Both the position numbers and the translations under genes were made by a program. Source: an uncultured Candidatus Melainabacteria bacterium (lineage in GTDB: Bacteria > Cyanobacteriota > Vampirovibrionia > Gastranaerophilales > Gastranaerophilaceae). Taken from it: a DNA stretch of 64,000 bases. Position 1 is the first letter of the stretch. Every line of letters starts with the position of its first letter. The notes under the pieces are model-generated. The model had not been told where the DNA came from. It saw only the letters and a list, made by a program, of their open reading frames with translations, and searched no databases. Below are positions 27,296 to 37,602 of this stretch, piece after piece. The stretch lies in the NCBI GenBank assembly GCA_934747335.1, contig CAKVGS010000005.1, positions 8,050 to 72,049 on the forward strand, in the 5' to 3' direction.

Positions 27296-28834
27296 TTATT
27301 TAATCAAACTATCGCAATCCATTTCTGCTGGTTTTTCGATACCCATCAACTGCAATACTGTTGGTGCTACATTGCATAAAGCTCCGTCATTTTTAAGTTC
27401 AAGATCTTTAGGGCCGTTGATAACAACGAAAGGAACTTCATTTGTTGTATGTGCAGTGTGTGGCTTACCTGTTTTGTCGTTGAACATTACTTCTGCATTA
27501 CCATGGTCAGCTGTAAGTAACATAACAACGCCGTTTTCTTTACATTTTTGAGCAATTTTACCAACACATTCATCAACTACTTTACAAGCCTTTTCAGCAG
27601 CTTCAAGTACACCTGTGTGACCAACCATATCAGGGTTTGCGAAGTTTACAAGAACAAAACCGTATTCAGGATTTGCAACAGCTTCCAATACGTTTTCACA
27701 AACTTCAGGTGCGCTCATTTCAGGTTGCATGTCATAAGTTGCAACTTTAGGAGAGGCAACAAGTTTTCTTGTTTCGTGAGGTTGAGGCTCATCAATACCA
27801 CCATTGAAGAAGAATGTTACGTGTGCATATTTTTCAGTTTCTGCTGTTCTGAATTGGTGAACACCGTTTGCTTCCAATACATCGCCCAAAATGTTTACAA
27901 GTTTAGTTTTAGGGAATGCAACAGGGAAAGTAAATGTTGCTTCGTAACTTGTCATTGTACAGTAGTAAATATTGTTTAAAACTTTCTTTCTATCAAAACC
28001 GTCAAAATCTTTGAAGTTAACAGCCTTAGTAATTTCTCTTGCTCTATCAGGACGATAGTTGAAGAAAATAATAGCATCGTTATCTTGAATTCTGCTTTCA
28101 TTTACTTCAGCTTCAGTGCCGATAGCTGTTGGAAGAACGAATTCATCAGTTACGCCTTCTTCGTAAGATTTTTGAACAGCTTCGCAAGCAGTCGCTGCGT
28201 GGTTGCCTTCACCTAACAACAAGCAGTTGTAACCTTTTTCTACTCTATCCCAACGGTTATCTCTATCCATAATGTAGTATCTGCCGATAACTGTTGCAAC
28301 TTTTGGTAAGTTGTATTTCTTTAATTCATCTTCAACAGTTTGCAAGTATGTGCAAGCACTTGAAGGTGGTGTATCACGACCATCTAAGAATGCGTGTACA
28401 TAAACTTTTGTAAGTCCTTCATCAGCCGCAAGTTTAATTAAGGCTAAAACGTGGTCAAGTGATGAGTGAACGCCGCCTGTTGAAACTAAACCGTAAATAT
28501 GAAGTGAAGAATTGTTCTTTTTAGCATGGTTGATTGCTTCTAAGAATTTTTCGTTTTTAAAGAATGAACCGTCTTTAATTGCTCTGTTGATTTTTGACAA
28601 ATCTTGGTAAACAACTCTACCTGCACCCAAGTTCAAGTGACCAACTTCACTGTTACCCATTTGACCTTCTGGTAATCCAACGTATTCGCCGTCTGCGTGG
28701 ATTTTAATTGAAGGGTAGTCTTTTATAAGTTCAGGAACATTTACAGGATGTGAAAGCTTTGTAGCATCATATTTGTCTGCACCTGTTGAAATTCCCCAAC
28801 CGTCCATAATACATAATAAAACTCTATTTTTCAT
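27296..28834 (-). CDS. gpmI: 2,3-bisphosphoglycerate-independent phosphoglycerate mutase
   Basis: MDGWG, NSEVGHLNLGAGR, ADHGNAE motifs; 512 aa. Confidence 0.95.
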   Translation of the reverse strand: MKNRVLLCIMDGWGISTGADKYDATKLSHPVNVPELIKDYPSIKIHADGEYVGLPEGQMGNSEVGHLNLGAGRVVYQDLSKINRAIKDGSFFKNEKFLEAINHAKKNNSSLHIYGLVSTGGVHSSLDHVLALIKLAADEGLTKVYVHAFLDGRDTPPSSACTYLQTVEDELKKYNLPKVATVIGRYYIMDRDNRWDRVEKGYNCLLLGEGNHAATACEAVQKSYEEGVTDEFVLPTAIGTEAEVNESRIQDNDAIIFFNYRPDRAREITKAVNFKDFDGFDRKKVLNNIYYCTMTSYEATFTFPVAFPKTKLVNILGDVLEANGVHQFRTAETEKYAHVTFFFNGGIDEPQPHETRKLVASPKVATYDMQPEMSAPEVCENVLEAVANPEYGFVLVNFANPDMVGHTGVLEAAEKACKVVDECVGKIAQKCKENGVVMLLTADHGNAEVMFNDKTGKPHTAHTTNEVPFVVINGPKDLELKNDGALCNVAPTVLQLMGIEKPAEMDCDSLIK

Positions 28835-29071
28835 ATCAAAATTTCTCCTCTATAAAGTCTTTTTAACCTAATAAGTTTATGACAAAAACAGGGGAATGTA
28901 AAGAGGGAAATGTATTCTCTAACCGAACTAATAGAAAGTGATTAGAAAAATTTTAGCTATATAAATAAGACCTACAACTTTTTAATAATTTTTACCGATA
29001 TTTTTTATAATTGATGGTTGAATAGCTAAGCTTTAAATCACAATTTATAGTGGTAACAAGGTGGTACTACT

Positions 29072-29974
29072 ATGAAAAAATTTCTTGCGACATTCCTAAT
29101 ATTTGCGTATATATTCGGTTTTACTGGATTTAGTATTGAAGCTGCAACCCAAAAGCCTGATAGCTTAATTACTAAAATTGAAAATGATATTTACGGTTTT
29201 GACTACTCTAATGACAGTGCGCAAAATCGAATTTCACGTCTTGAAAAAACTGTTTATGGGAAATCTTCAAACGGTGACATTAATAAAAGAATTAAAAAGC
29301 TTTCCGGCGATATTTCGGCAGACGTAATAGGTTTGGAAATTGAACCAACTGAAGACAGTTTTAAAGAAGATGAAACCATAGCTGATAGTTCAGTAAATTA
29401 TCCTATTGTGGATGAAATCGAACAGAAAATATTTAATCAAACATATAAGAATCGTGATTTTCATTCACGTATAGTTGCAATCGAGCGTAAAATATTCGGT
29501 AAAATATATGATGTAGATGATTATTCTACAAGAATGGATAGAATAAAAGCCAAAATAATGCCGGAAACAATTGCTAAAAATTCTTATAATGATGATTTTA
29601 GAAATCAAAGTTATTATGATAATGATACTTTAACATCAAATGATTTATCAGGTTTGAGTAGCAATCGTTTTAAAATGCCGTTTGGACAAAGAAATTACAC
29701 TAGACCTTATACTAATTATGGCGATATGACCGGCGGTTCTGCAATGCTTCCATCTAATCCTAATTTAAATGAAGAGCTCTCACAGCTTGAATATGAAACC
29801 TTTGGGACTGAATTTTCAAATGAAGATACGGCTTCACGTATTAAAAGACTAAACAGTGTAAGTAAAGCTAAAAAATCAGCTTCTAAATATGATTCAAATA
29901 AATTTTCACAGCGCATGTCAACTGCTATGGAGATTGGGGCTATGATTTTGATGATTCTTGCAATGGTCTTATAA
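29072..29974 (+). CDS. secreted/anchored repeat protein (about 5-6 copies of an [LI]Exx[IV][YF]G...R[IM]xx[LI] unit)
   Basis: Signal peptide MKKFLATFLIFAYIFGFTGFSIEA, C-terminal hydrophobic anchor, internal repeats seen in the translation. Confidence 0.6.
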   Translation: MKKFLATFLIFAYIFGFTGFSIEAATQKPDSLITKIENDIYGFDYSNDSAQNRISRLEKTVYGKSSNGDINKRIKKLSGDISADVIGLEIEPTEDSFKEDETIADSSVNYPIVDEIEQKIFNQTYKNRDFHSRIVAIERKIFGKIYDVDDYSTRMDRIKAKIMPETIAKNSYNDDFRNQSYYDNDTLTSNDLSGLSSNRFKMPFGQRNYTRPYTNYGDMTGGSAMLPSNPNLNEELSQLEYETFGTEFSNEDTASRIKRLNSVSKAKKSASKYDSNKFSQRMSTAMEIGAMILMILAMVL

Positions 29975-30033
29975 TATTTTTATCTCTTTTTATCGCAACA
30001 AAAGAGATAAAAATAAACATTTCAAAATAATTC

Positions 30034-30074
30034 TTACTTTTTTCTTCTTTGAAAAAGCAAGAAGAAAAAAGTAA
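30034..30074. repeat. 16-bp perfect A/T-rich hairpin
   Basis: ttacttttttcttctt tgaaaaagc aagaagaaaaaagtaa. Confidence 0.8.
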
Positions 30075-30099
30075 CAAAAAAGAAGAAACTTTTGCTGTT

Positions 30100-30335
30100 T
30101 TCTACAACCTGTCGGTTGTGGTTCAAATGGATGTAGCAGGCAGAGCCTGCACTCTTACGCTCACTATCGCAGCTAATCGCTGCACGCTCGCGGCGCGAAT
30201 GTCGTTCAATTGTTAAAAGCTGTGCCAAAATCATTCGTTATTAGCACAATCCCTCACTTTGGGAGAGGGTAGAAAATCAAGTTGAGCTCTGCGAAACTTA
30301 GATTTTCGGGTGAGGGTTCGAGCCGGAGGCTACAT
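30100..30335. repeat. mosaic island (small hairpins, M5, M1)
   Basis: acgctcgcggcgcgaatgtcgttcaat is shared with 33710-33736; the M1 copy ccctcactttgggagagggtagaaaatcaagttgagc...gattttcgggtgagggtt is shared with 23951-24040, 45101-45190 and 46525-46614. Confidence 0.85.
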
Positions 30336-30349
30336 GAATGAGGTTGATA

Positions 30350-30766
30350 TTATTTTCTACCCGTATTTTGGTCAATAATATCAGATACCCACGGTATATA
30401 GCTATACATTCCCATACCTGCAGTTATTGCTAAATACAAAATAATTGCTGTTGTAATTGTCTGAACAACAGAAAGTCCAAAAACAAACGGCAATGGCATA
30501 TTAATAAAATAAGGTATTGCATTTATAAATGGAATTCTATAAAGAATTACATAAATTAATTCTGCAAATGTTGCAAGCAAAAAGTATGCAATTGATAAAA
30601 ATATTGATTGCAAAATATGATACATCAAAAATGGCGTAACATTCTTTTTCATTAATGTAGCAATAATAAGCCACACAAAACCCGCTCCACCGGCTGTCAA
30701 ATATGAGCCTGCTGATATTAGTCTTTCAATCGGATAAATTTGTCTAGAAGGTTGCAACGATATCAC
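30350..30766 (-). CDS. hypothetical integral membrane protein (about 4 TM)
   Basis: Hydrophobicity pattern; 23-nt overlap with the upstream TPR gene. Confidence 0.55.
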   Translation of the reverse strand: MISLQPSRQIYPIERLISAGSYLTAGGAGFVWLIIATLMKKNVTPFLMYHILQSIFLSIAYFLLATFAELIYVILYRIPFINAIPYFINMPLPFVFGLSVVQTITTAIILYLAITAGMGMYSYIPWVSDIIDQNTGRK

Positions 30767-31814
30767 CCTTTCTTTGTTGTTCTATATAATCATCTAAAAC
30801 TTGAATGAAAACTAACTTATATTCATCATTTTCAGGACGCATATTTACAGCAGCTCGATATGAGTAAATTGAGCGTTCTACTTCATTATTCATATAATAA
30901 ACATTCGCAATCAATACATAAATGCTTGGATCAAGCTTATTAATTTTAAGAGCTTCTTTATACTCTGCTTCTGCTTCTTTAAATTTTTTGATATTAGAAT
31001 ACAAGTTTCCTGTTAATATATAAGCATTAGCTTCTTTAGGATTAATTTCGATAGCTTTTTTGTACAATTCAATAGCATCTTCATAATCTTTAAAATCTGA
31101 TTTCGCTATCGCATAGCAAATATAAGCCTTATAGTTATCACCCGGAAGTGCAATCGCTTTCTCAAAATAATCATAACATTTTTCTTTGTCTTTTGATACT
31201 GCAAGCGTATTTGCAATACAAAGAGCCACAGTTTTGTTATCAGGTGCAAGCTTGAACACTTTGTAATAGTATTCAAGAGCTTTATTATAGTCAAATAATT
31301 TAAAACAAACATTTCCTAAATCCACCAACGCTGTTAAATTATCCGGGTCAAGCGATAAAGCTTTTTCATAATATGCTCTTGATTCAACATAATCTTCAAA
31401 GTCATGGTATAAAAGCGCAATAGCATTATAAATTTCAGGGTCTTGAGAATTAAAATCAAGCGTTCTGTTATAGTAATGCAAAGCTTTTGAGAAGTTTTTA
31501 AGCTCTGCATAAGTGTTCGCCATATTATAGTAAACTAAATAATTACTTGGATTAACTAGCATTGCTTGGTTAAAATATTTTAAAGCTTTTTTGTATTCTT
31601 TTGAATAGAACCAAATGCTACCTAAATTCAACAAGGTTTGTAAATCTTTTGGATCTATTTCTAAAAGACTTTCGTATACAGAAATAACTTTGTCATACTG
31701 ATTATCCATAGCATAGTATTTAGCAAGCTCGTGATAATGCTCAGTATTTTTAGGCTCCATTGCCATTTTTAAAACGGTTTTTTCTATTGCTTTATTTAAT
31801 TCTTTTTTATCCAT
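30744..31814 (-). CDS. TPR-repeat protein
   Basis: Repeated ...A..Y..AL..(D/N)P.N.. units through the whole ORF. Confidence 0.8.
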   Translation of the reverse strand: MDKKELNKAIEKTVLKMAMEPKNTEHYHELAKYYAMDNQYDKVISVYESLLEIDPKDLQTLLNLGSIWFYSKEYKKALKYFNQAMLVNPSNYLVYYNMANTYAELKNFSKALHYYNRTLDFNSQDPEIYNAIALLYHDFEDYVESRAYYEKALSLDPDNLTALVDLGNVCFKLFDYNKALEYYYKVFKLAPDNKTVALCIANTLAVSKDKEKCYDYFEKAIALPGDNYKAYICYAIAKSDFKDYEDAIELYKKAIEINPKEANAYILTGNLYSNIKKFKEAEAEYKEALKINKLDPSIYVLIANVYYMNNEVERSIYSYRAAVNMRPENDEYKLVFIQVLDDYIEQQRKGDIVATF

Positions 31815-31859
31815 AATATTCCTTATTGTAAGCTCTCTTGTTAATTCATAAAAAATAAA

Positions 31860-32267
31860 TTATTTTTTAATATTTTCATAAACAGAATATTCAATTGACT
31901 CTTCTAACCAAGTGTTACGAGGAATGCTGAACGCGTGATTCCAGAATTTTTCAATAGCATAGGCTTCTCTTTCATCTTGTTGAAGAATATGAACAACTAC
32001 ATCACCGTAATCAATCAAGTTCCAACGATTTTTGACATCGTTTTCTCTGCCTAAAGGTAATCTTGAAAATGTTGATTTAACTTTTTCAGCCAAATTTTCG
32101 GTTAAAGCTTTAACTTGTGTACTTGTTTGCGCCGAACATATTACAAAATAATCTGCGAAAGATGAAACATTGCTGATATTCAAAATAGAAATATCACTTG
32201 CAATTCTTTCTTCCAAAAATCTTGCAACCGCGCAAGCGAACTTATATGATGTAATTTCTTCTGTCAT
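31860..32267 (-). CDS. rsfS: ribosome silencing factor RsfS
   Basis: FADYFVICSA.S..QV.A....L......W.LIDYGDVVVHI pattern. Confidence 0.9.
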   Translation of the reverse strand: MTEEITSYKFACAVARFLEERIASDISILNISNVSSFADYFVICSAQTSTQVKALTENLAEKVKSTFSRLPLGRENDVKNRWNLIDYGDVVVHILQQDEREAYAIEKFWNHAFSIPRNTWLEESIEYSVYENIKK

Positions 32268-32693
32268 TTATAACTCCAATTTATTTATTCTTCTTTCGTG
32301 TCTTCCGCCTTGAAAATCTGTATTTAACCAAATTTCAACAATATCAAGCGCAAGACCTGTGCCTGTAATTCTTTCGCCTAAACATAAAATATTTGAATTA
32401 TTGTGCATTCTTGTCATTCTTGCAGTAAAAGTGTCTGTGCAATGTGATGCTCTAATTCCCTTAAAACGATTTGCTGCAATTGACATGCCAATCCCGGTTC
32501 CGCAAACAAGAATTGCTTTTTTGCCTGTTGATAAAACTTTTTTAGCAACATCTTGTGCTATATCAGGGTAATCACAAGATTCTTCCGAATAACAGCCACA
32601 ATCTTCAACAGTATGTCCTAATTCGTTTAAATATTTTATAATTTCTTGTTTTAATTTATAACCACCATGGTCTGAACCGATTAGTATTTCCAT
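32268..32693 (-). CDS. rpiB: ribose-5-phosphate isomerase B
   Basis: MEILIGSDHGGYKLK...CGTGIGMSIAANR; start moved to the ATG at 32693; the listed N-terminal extension runs into a repeat module. Confidence 0.9.
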   Translation of the reverse strand: MEILIGSDHGGYKLKQEIIKYLNELGHTVEDCGCYSEESCDYPDIAQDVAKKVLSTGKKAILVCGTGIGMSIAANRFKGIRASHCTDTFTARMTRMHNNSNILCLGERITGTGLALDIVEIWLNTDFQGGRHERRINKLEL

Positions 32694-32702
32694 ATTTAAT
32701 TC

Positions 32703-32768
32703 CTTAATAATACCCCTCATCAGGGCTCCGCCCAGCTTCTCCCACAAGGGGCGAAGCACCAAATTCGC
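32703..32768. repeat. M4-derived fragment
   Basis: acccctcatcagggctccgcccagcttctccc...ggggcgaagc resembles the M4 arm and centre. Confidence 0.6.
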
Positions 32769-32850
32769 TCACAATACAAGCTACCTTTCAAATTGTAACA
32801 TTTTTGCAATAATTTAGCAATAATTTACATTTTTCATTTTTAATAAAGAT

Positions 32851-33627
32851 ATGATAGGTCGTTTGAATAGTATTAATATTCCTTTTCGTGCGTCAATTTC
32901 CGATAATGATATTGACAAATTTGAAAGCACAAAACAGCATTTTAGTGACTGTTACTTAATGACGACCTTAGAAACCCTATCACACACCCCAAACGGGCGT
33001 AAAGTTATAAAAGAACATATTCAATACGACGATAAAAATCCAAAATTAATAAATTGCTATTTATACGCACCAAATAATAAAGAAGAGAAATATACAATCC
33101 CGACAAATGCTATCGTAAAAGGTTACGAAAAGCTATATCGATTACAAAATAATGAAATAATAAGAAGCATGGACGTTTCTGTTGCTCAATACGAAAACAA
33201 GTATAAGGCAAAGCCTTGGATTTGCAGGTTTACGGACAATTTTAAAGATTATGCTTTTGAAAACAGCTTACCGTCACACTTTATGAAAATTTTTACAGGT
33301 GTTGAGCCTCGCGTGATTGCAGAGGAAGATTTTAATTTCGATTTAAGCGGATATAAAGATGAAGTTATGAACCTGTTTGAGCGCATGGACAAGGAAAAGA
33401 AACATAGTTTTGTCATCGGAACAGGCGTTAAAATGCTTGATGGCAGAACTTGGCACGTATACATTTTAGAAGATGTGGACTTAAAAAATGGTACTGTCAC
33501 TGTTAAGGAGAAACGCGGTAACAAACCTCGAGTGATGAGTATTGATTCAGCGCTCAATACATTTAAATTTATTGTAGGCTATTTTGATAGCGATTTAAAA
33601 GATTCAAAGAAAGTTAAAGATAACTAG
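32851..33627 (+). CDS. hypothetical protein, possibly a papain-fold (calpain-like) cysteine peptidase
   Basis: SDCYLMTTLETL resembles the calpain catalytic-Cys motif (GDCWLLAA), and a later WHVYIL could supply the His; weak, by eye only. Confidence 0.35.
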   Translation: MIGRLNSINIPFRASISDNDIDKFESTKQHFSDCYLMTTLETLSHTPNGRKVIKEHIQYDDKNPKLINCYLYAPNNKEEKYTIPTNAIVKGYEKLYRLQNNEIIRSMDVSVAQYENKYKAKPWICRFTDNFKDYAFENSLPSHFMKIFTGVEPRVIAEEDFNFDLSGYKDEVMNLFERMDKEKKHSFVIGTGVKMLDGRTWHVYILEDVDLKNGTVTVKEKRGNKPRVMSIDSALNTFKFIVGYFDSDLKDSKKVKDN

Positions 33628-33652
33628 TTTTTTATAATAAAAATAAAAAATA

Positions 33653-33790
33653 ATAATCCAAGACAGCGGGTGAACCCGCACTCTAGCGCTCGCTAAAAAA
33701 CGCTCGCGGCGCGAATGTCGTTCAATAATTATGGACAGTTGTGTCCTATTATGTTAGGGAATAACCGCAACTTGTTTACTTAAAATATTA
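33653..33790. repeat. island with the E133 end (inverted) abutting module M5
   Basis: ataatccaagac (reverse complement of the E133 5' end) is followed by agcggg..., then gcactctagcgctcgct...acgctcgcggcgcgaatgtcgttcaat. Confidence 0.7.
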
Positions 33791-33802
33791 TATTAGAAAT
33801 TC

Positions 33803-35053
33803 CTAAAACGGAATTTCTACAATAAAAGTAGAGCCATTATTGATTTCACTAATCAGAGAAATTTTTCCTCCGTGAAGTTCAACCAATTCCTTTGTAATAG
33901 TTAATCCCAAGCCAGTCGAACTTTCTTTTTTTGTATACGCACTATCAAGTTGAACAAATTTTGCAAAAATCTTACCATGATATTTTTTATCAATGCCAAT
34001 CCCATTATCATGCACTAAAATTCTGAAATTCTCGTCATCAGAGTTTACAGATATTTCAACCTCATCATTCTCCGGAGAATACTTTATAGCATTGCTCACC
34101 AAATTATACAAAATTTGTTGGATTTTTTGATAATCCGCAAAAACTTCAAAATCCACATCCATGTTTTTTATAAGTTTAATATTTTTCTTCTGTGCAAGTG
34201 GAGAAAGTATATTTGCAACCTCATCAACAGCTCTTGAAATCCAAAACGCACTTTTCACAACCTTCATAGCATTTGCTTCAATTTTTGACATATCCAAAAC
34301 TTCATTAATCATACCAAGAAGATGTGTTGCTGAAATTTTAATATCATTTACATATTCTTCTTGTTTTGGATTTAAATTTCCATATAATTGCGTTCCCAAA
34401 ATATCAGAAAAACCTAAAATAGAGTTCAAAGGAGTCCTGAGCTCATGTGAAATATTCGCTAAAAACTCATTTTTTACCTTATCTGCTTCAAGAATTTTTT
34501 CATTTTGCTCTTTTATGGTTTTATATGCGTTATTTTTTTCTACAATCCCATCTTTTAAAGCTTTTAGCTGAATTTTAAACACATTTGATAATTCAACATC
34601 TTTTAATAAATATGAAAACACTGAAGAAACGGCGTCAAGCGCATCCAAATCTTCTTGTTTATAGAAATTCTTTTCTCTTTTTGATAAAACAACAATCCCA
34701 AAAACAGTCGATTTAATAGAAATTTTTGATACCAAATAAGATTTTTGAGAACTTCCTTTTAATTCTAATGCTTCTACTAAATCAGATGTTTCATCTGTTA
34801 TTTTACCATTTTTTGAGAAAATAAATTTCTTTAAATCTGATTTTAATTTAAAAGTTGCTTCTTTTTCATAGTTTGCATGTTTTTTGTAACTATATTTTAA
34901 TTGCAGACTATCAGGATTTGCATAGTAAATAAAACCCTCGTCAAAAGACAGGATTTTTTCGAAGTTTTTGAACAAATGTCTTTCACTATTCAAATCAGTT
35001 TCAAATAGTGAAGGAATCAGTTTTAAAATTTTATCCGACGTTAATAAAGCCAT
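33803..35053 (-). CDS. sensor histidine kinase (GAF-like N-terminal region, HisKA, HATPase_c); no adjacent response regulator
   Basis: H-box ISHELRTPLNSILGFSD; N, G1, G2 boxes (NAIKYS, DNGIGI, GLGL). Confidence 0.9.
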   Translation of the reverse strand: MALLTSDKILKLIPSLFETDLNSERHLFKNFEKILSFDEGFIYYANPDSLQLKYSYKKHANYEKEATFKLKSDLKKFIFSKNGKITDETSDLVEALELKGSSQKSYLVSKISIKSTVFGIVVLSKREKNFYKQEDLDALDAVSSVFSYLLKDVELSNVFKIQLKALKDGIVEKNNAYKTIKEQNEKILEADKVKNEFLANISHELRTPLNSILGFSDILGTQLYGNLNPKQEEYVNDIKISATHLLGMINEVLDMSKIEANAMKVVKSAFWISRAVDEVANILSPLAQKKNIKLIKNMDVDFEVFADYQKIQQILYNLVSNAIKYSPENDEVEISVNSDDENFRILVHDNGIGIDKKYHGKIFAKFVQLDSAYTKKESSTGLGLTITKELVELHGGKISLISEINNGSTFIVEIPF

Positions 35054-35200
35054 ATCTCTGTTTGAAATATAGCATATAATTTGGCAGATGTAAACTTAAA
35101 TATAAAATTTTTAAATTGCATAACAAAACAGATTATAATAAGCATGCAAAATCCCCATTAGTGTATTGATTACGCATTGTTCTTGATGTTAAATTGTGGT

Positions 35201-36451
35201 ATGAAGAAAAAGCAGTTACTTATATTTGTATTGTCCGTATTAATTTTAGTAATTTTTAACAAGGTCTTTATGTCTGTGTTTACTAAAACTAATGCATTTT
35301 ATACACGTCAAGCTTTAATCAATAATGAAGAAATTGCACCACAAAAACTTTTTGATAAAACTTGGAAAGTTATCAACCGTGAATATTATGAACCTAGTTT
35401 AAATAATCAAAATTGGTACAGATGGAAAGAACATTATAGAAATAAGATTAAGACTGATGAAGATGCGAGAGTTGCAATTGATACAATGATTGCAAGCTTA
35501 AACGAGCCATATACACGCTTCATGCCTAAAAAAGACTTTGAAGACTTAACAACTTCTATTACATCTAAAATTTATGGAATTGGTGTAAATATATATTCAA
35601 ATGCAGGAAAAATTGAAATATTTAACGTTATGCCGGCAACTCCTGCTGATTTTGCACAACTCAAACAAGGTGATATTATTACAGCCGTAAATGGTAAAGA
35701 CATTAACGGCATGAATGTTTCTGATGTTGCAGCTATTGTTCGAGGCCCTGAAAATAGTGTTGTAGAGCTGACAATTTTGAGAAACAATAAAAAACTTACT
35801 AAGAAAATAAAGCGTAAAGAAATTAAAATCAAGAGTGTAAAAAGCTCTGTATTAGATAACCACATCGGCTACATCCAAATCTTAAGTTTTATGAGTGGAA
35901 CGACTCCTAACGAGTTTCTGGAAGCTTTAGAAAACACTAAAAATACAGACTCCTTAATTCTTGATTTGCGCGGGAATACAGGTGGCTTGCTTGATAATGC
36001 GGTATTTATCGCCGACATGTTTATAAATAACGGCACAATTGTTGATATTATTTACAGGAATGGTTACAAAAAGTCTATAAAAGCTCAAGATGAACATTTT
36101 GGAATGCAAAAGCCTGTTGTAGTTCTTGTAAACGGTGCAAGCGCAAGCGCAAGTGAAATTCTTTCAGGTGCATTAAAAGACACCCACAAAGCGACGCTGG
36201 TCGGCAGAAAAACATTTGGCAAAGGATTGGTGCAAAAAGTTGTACCGCTTCCTAATCAAACAGGCGTTAATGTTACAATTGCTCGTTATTTAACACCAAA
36301 CGGCACTGATATTAATAAATTAGGAATTAAACCTGATATAGAAGTCGGAAATGAGTTTGACTTTTTTGTCGGTAATCAAAAAGACGAACAGTTAGAAAAA
36401 GCTAAGGAAGTATTGAATAATGATAAACGAATTGGAAATTCTAAAAAATAA
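35201..36451 (+). CDS. ctpA: C-terminal processing peptidase (S41, PDZ-containing)
   Basis: PDZ segment, DLRGNTGG, GASASASEI, TFGKG motifs; start moved to the ATG at 35201 (MKKKQLL signal anchor). Confidence 0.9.
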   Translation: MKKKQLLIFVLSVLILVIFNKVFMSVFTKTNAFYTRQALINNEEIAPQKLFDKTWKVINREYYEPSLNNQNWYRWKEHYRNKIKTDEDARVAIDTMIASLNEPYTRFMPKKDFEDLTTSITSKIYGIGVNIYSNAGKIEIFNVMPATPADFAQLKQGDIITAVNGKDINGMNVSDVAAIVRGPENSVVELTILRNNKKLTKKIKRKEIKIKSVKSSVLDNHIGYIQILSFMSGTTPNEFLEALENTKNTDSLILDLRGNTGGLLDNAVFIADMFINNGTIVDIIYRNGYKKSIKAQDEHFGMQKPVVVLVNGASASASEILSGALKDTHKATLVGRKTFGKGLVQKVVPLPNQTGVNVTIARYLTPNGTDINKLGIKPDIEVGNEFDFFVGNQKDEQLEKAKEVLNNDKRIGNSKK

Positions 36452-37538
36452 AGGACAGTTGCGAACTATTCCCAATATAGAATCGAAATCAGACGGTAAA
36501 ATTGTTATTGATGGTAAAGAATATATTAATTTTGCTTCTAACGATTATTTGGGAATCAGTACAAAAACTGAGCTTGAAAAAGAGTTTCTAAACAATCATT
36601 TTTATCAGCTTTCAACTGCTTCTGCAAGGCTTTTGACAGGCTCATCACCTGAATATAAAGCTTTAGAAAAAACGGTTGCGCAAATTTTTAATAAAGAAGC
36701 AGCGCTGATTTTTAATACAGGTTATCAATGTAATTTGGGCGTTATTTCTGCGCTGGCAGGTCGTGGTGATGTTGTTTTTTCTGACAAATTAAACCACGCA
36801 AGTATAATTGACGGTATGCAGCTTGCACAAGGTGATTTTTTCAGATACAAACATTTTGATTACGATAATTTGGAAAGACTTTTAAAAGCGAAACGAAAAG
36901 ATTACAAAAAAGCTATAATTGTTTCAGAATCAGTGTTCAGTATGGATGGCGATGTTGCAAATATTGATAAACTTGTTGAACTTAAAAATAAATACGATTG
37001 TTTGTTGATGATTGATGAAGCACACGCATTTTGCGCTTACGGAAACACGCTTGCAGGAGCTTCATATTTGAAAGATGTTGATATAATTACCGCAACCTTC
37101 GGCAAGGCTGTCGGCTCATTTGGCGCATTTTGCGTATCTTCTGAAACGGTTATATCATATTTAATAAACAAAGCGCGTTCATTTATATTTTCAACCTCTA
37201 TTCCTCCATTAAATATTGCTTGGTCAAACTGGCTTTTGACAGAAAAAAGAGAATATTTGGTTGAACAGAAAAATAAGTTAAACAAATTAACCGCTGATGT
37301 TCACAAATTAATGCAGGATAGAGGAATTGAAACAGTTTCTACAACACACATTATACCAATAGTTGTCGGAAGTAACGATGATACGGTTAAAATATCAGAA
37401 AAACTACGTGCAGAAGGGTATTACATTCCTGCAATCCGTCCGCCTACTGTACCCGAAGGCACTTCAAGATTAAGAATATCCTTAACAGCAGATTGCAAAT
37501 TGGAAGATTTCGCAAAAGTTTTGGATATAGTTAGATAA
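36420..37538 (+). CDS. bioF: alpha-oxoamine synthase family enzyme (8-amino-7-oxononanoate synthase-like)
   Basis: NDYLG, DEAH, PLP-lysine context TFGKAVGSFGA; BioF, Kbl and Spt cannot be separated by eye. Confidence 0.65.
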   Translation: MINELEILKNKGQLRTIPNIESKSDGKIVIDGKEYINFASNDYLGISTKTELEKEFLNNHFYQLSTASARLLTGSSPEYKALEKTVAQIFNKEAALIFNTGYQCNLGVISALAGRGDVVFSDKLNHASIIDGMQLAQGDFFRYKHFDYDNLERLLKAKRKDYKKAIIVSESVFSMDGDVANIDKLVELKNKYDCLLMIDEAHAFCAYGNTLAGASYLKDVDIITATFGKAVGSFGAFCVSSETVISYLINKARSFIFSTSIPPLNIAWSNWLLTEKREYLVEQKNKLNKLTADVHKLMQDRGIETVSTTHIIPIVVGSNDDTVKISEKLRAEGYYIPAIRPPTVPEGTSRLRISLTADCKLEDFAKVLDIVR

Positions 37539-37602
37539 TTAAAAAGGTGGGAAAAGCGTAAGCGGTTCACACCTTATGTATTTGAAGGATAATGAAAAGA
37601 AT

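Noticed and set aside
27204-27979. ORFs 27204-27551 and 27548-27979 (+) opposite gpmI
   Set aside because: They are shadow ORFs antisense to a well-conserved gpmI. The first starts inside the intergenic hairpin.
32694-32762. N-terminal 23-aa extension of rpiB in the ORF track
   Set aside because: The extension translates an M4-type repeat fragment. The canonical RpiB N-terminus (MEILIGSDHGG) starts at the internal ATG at 32693.
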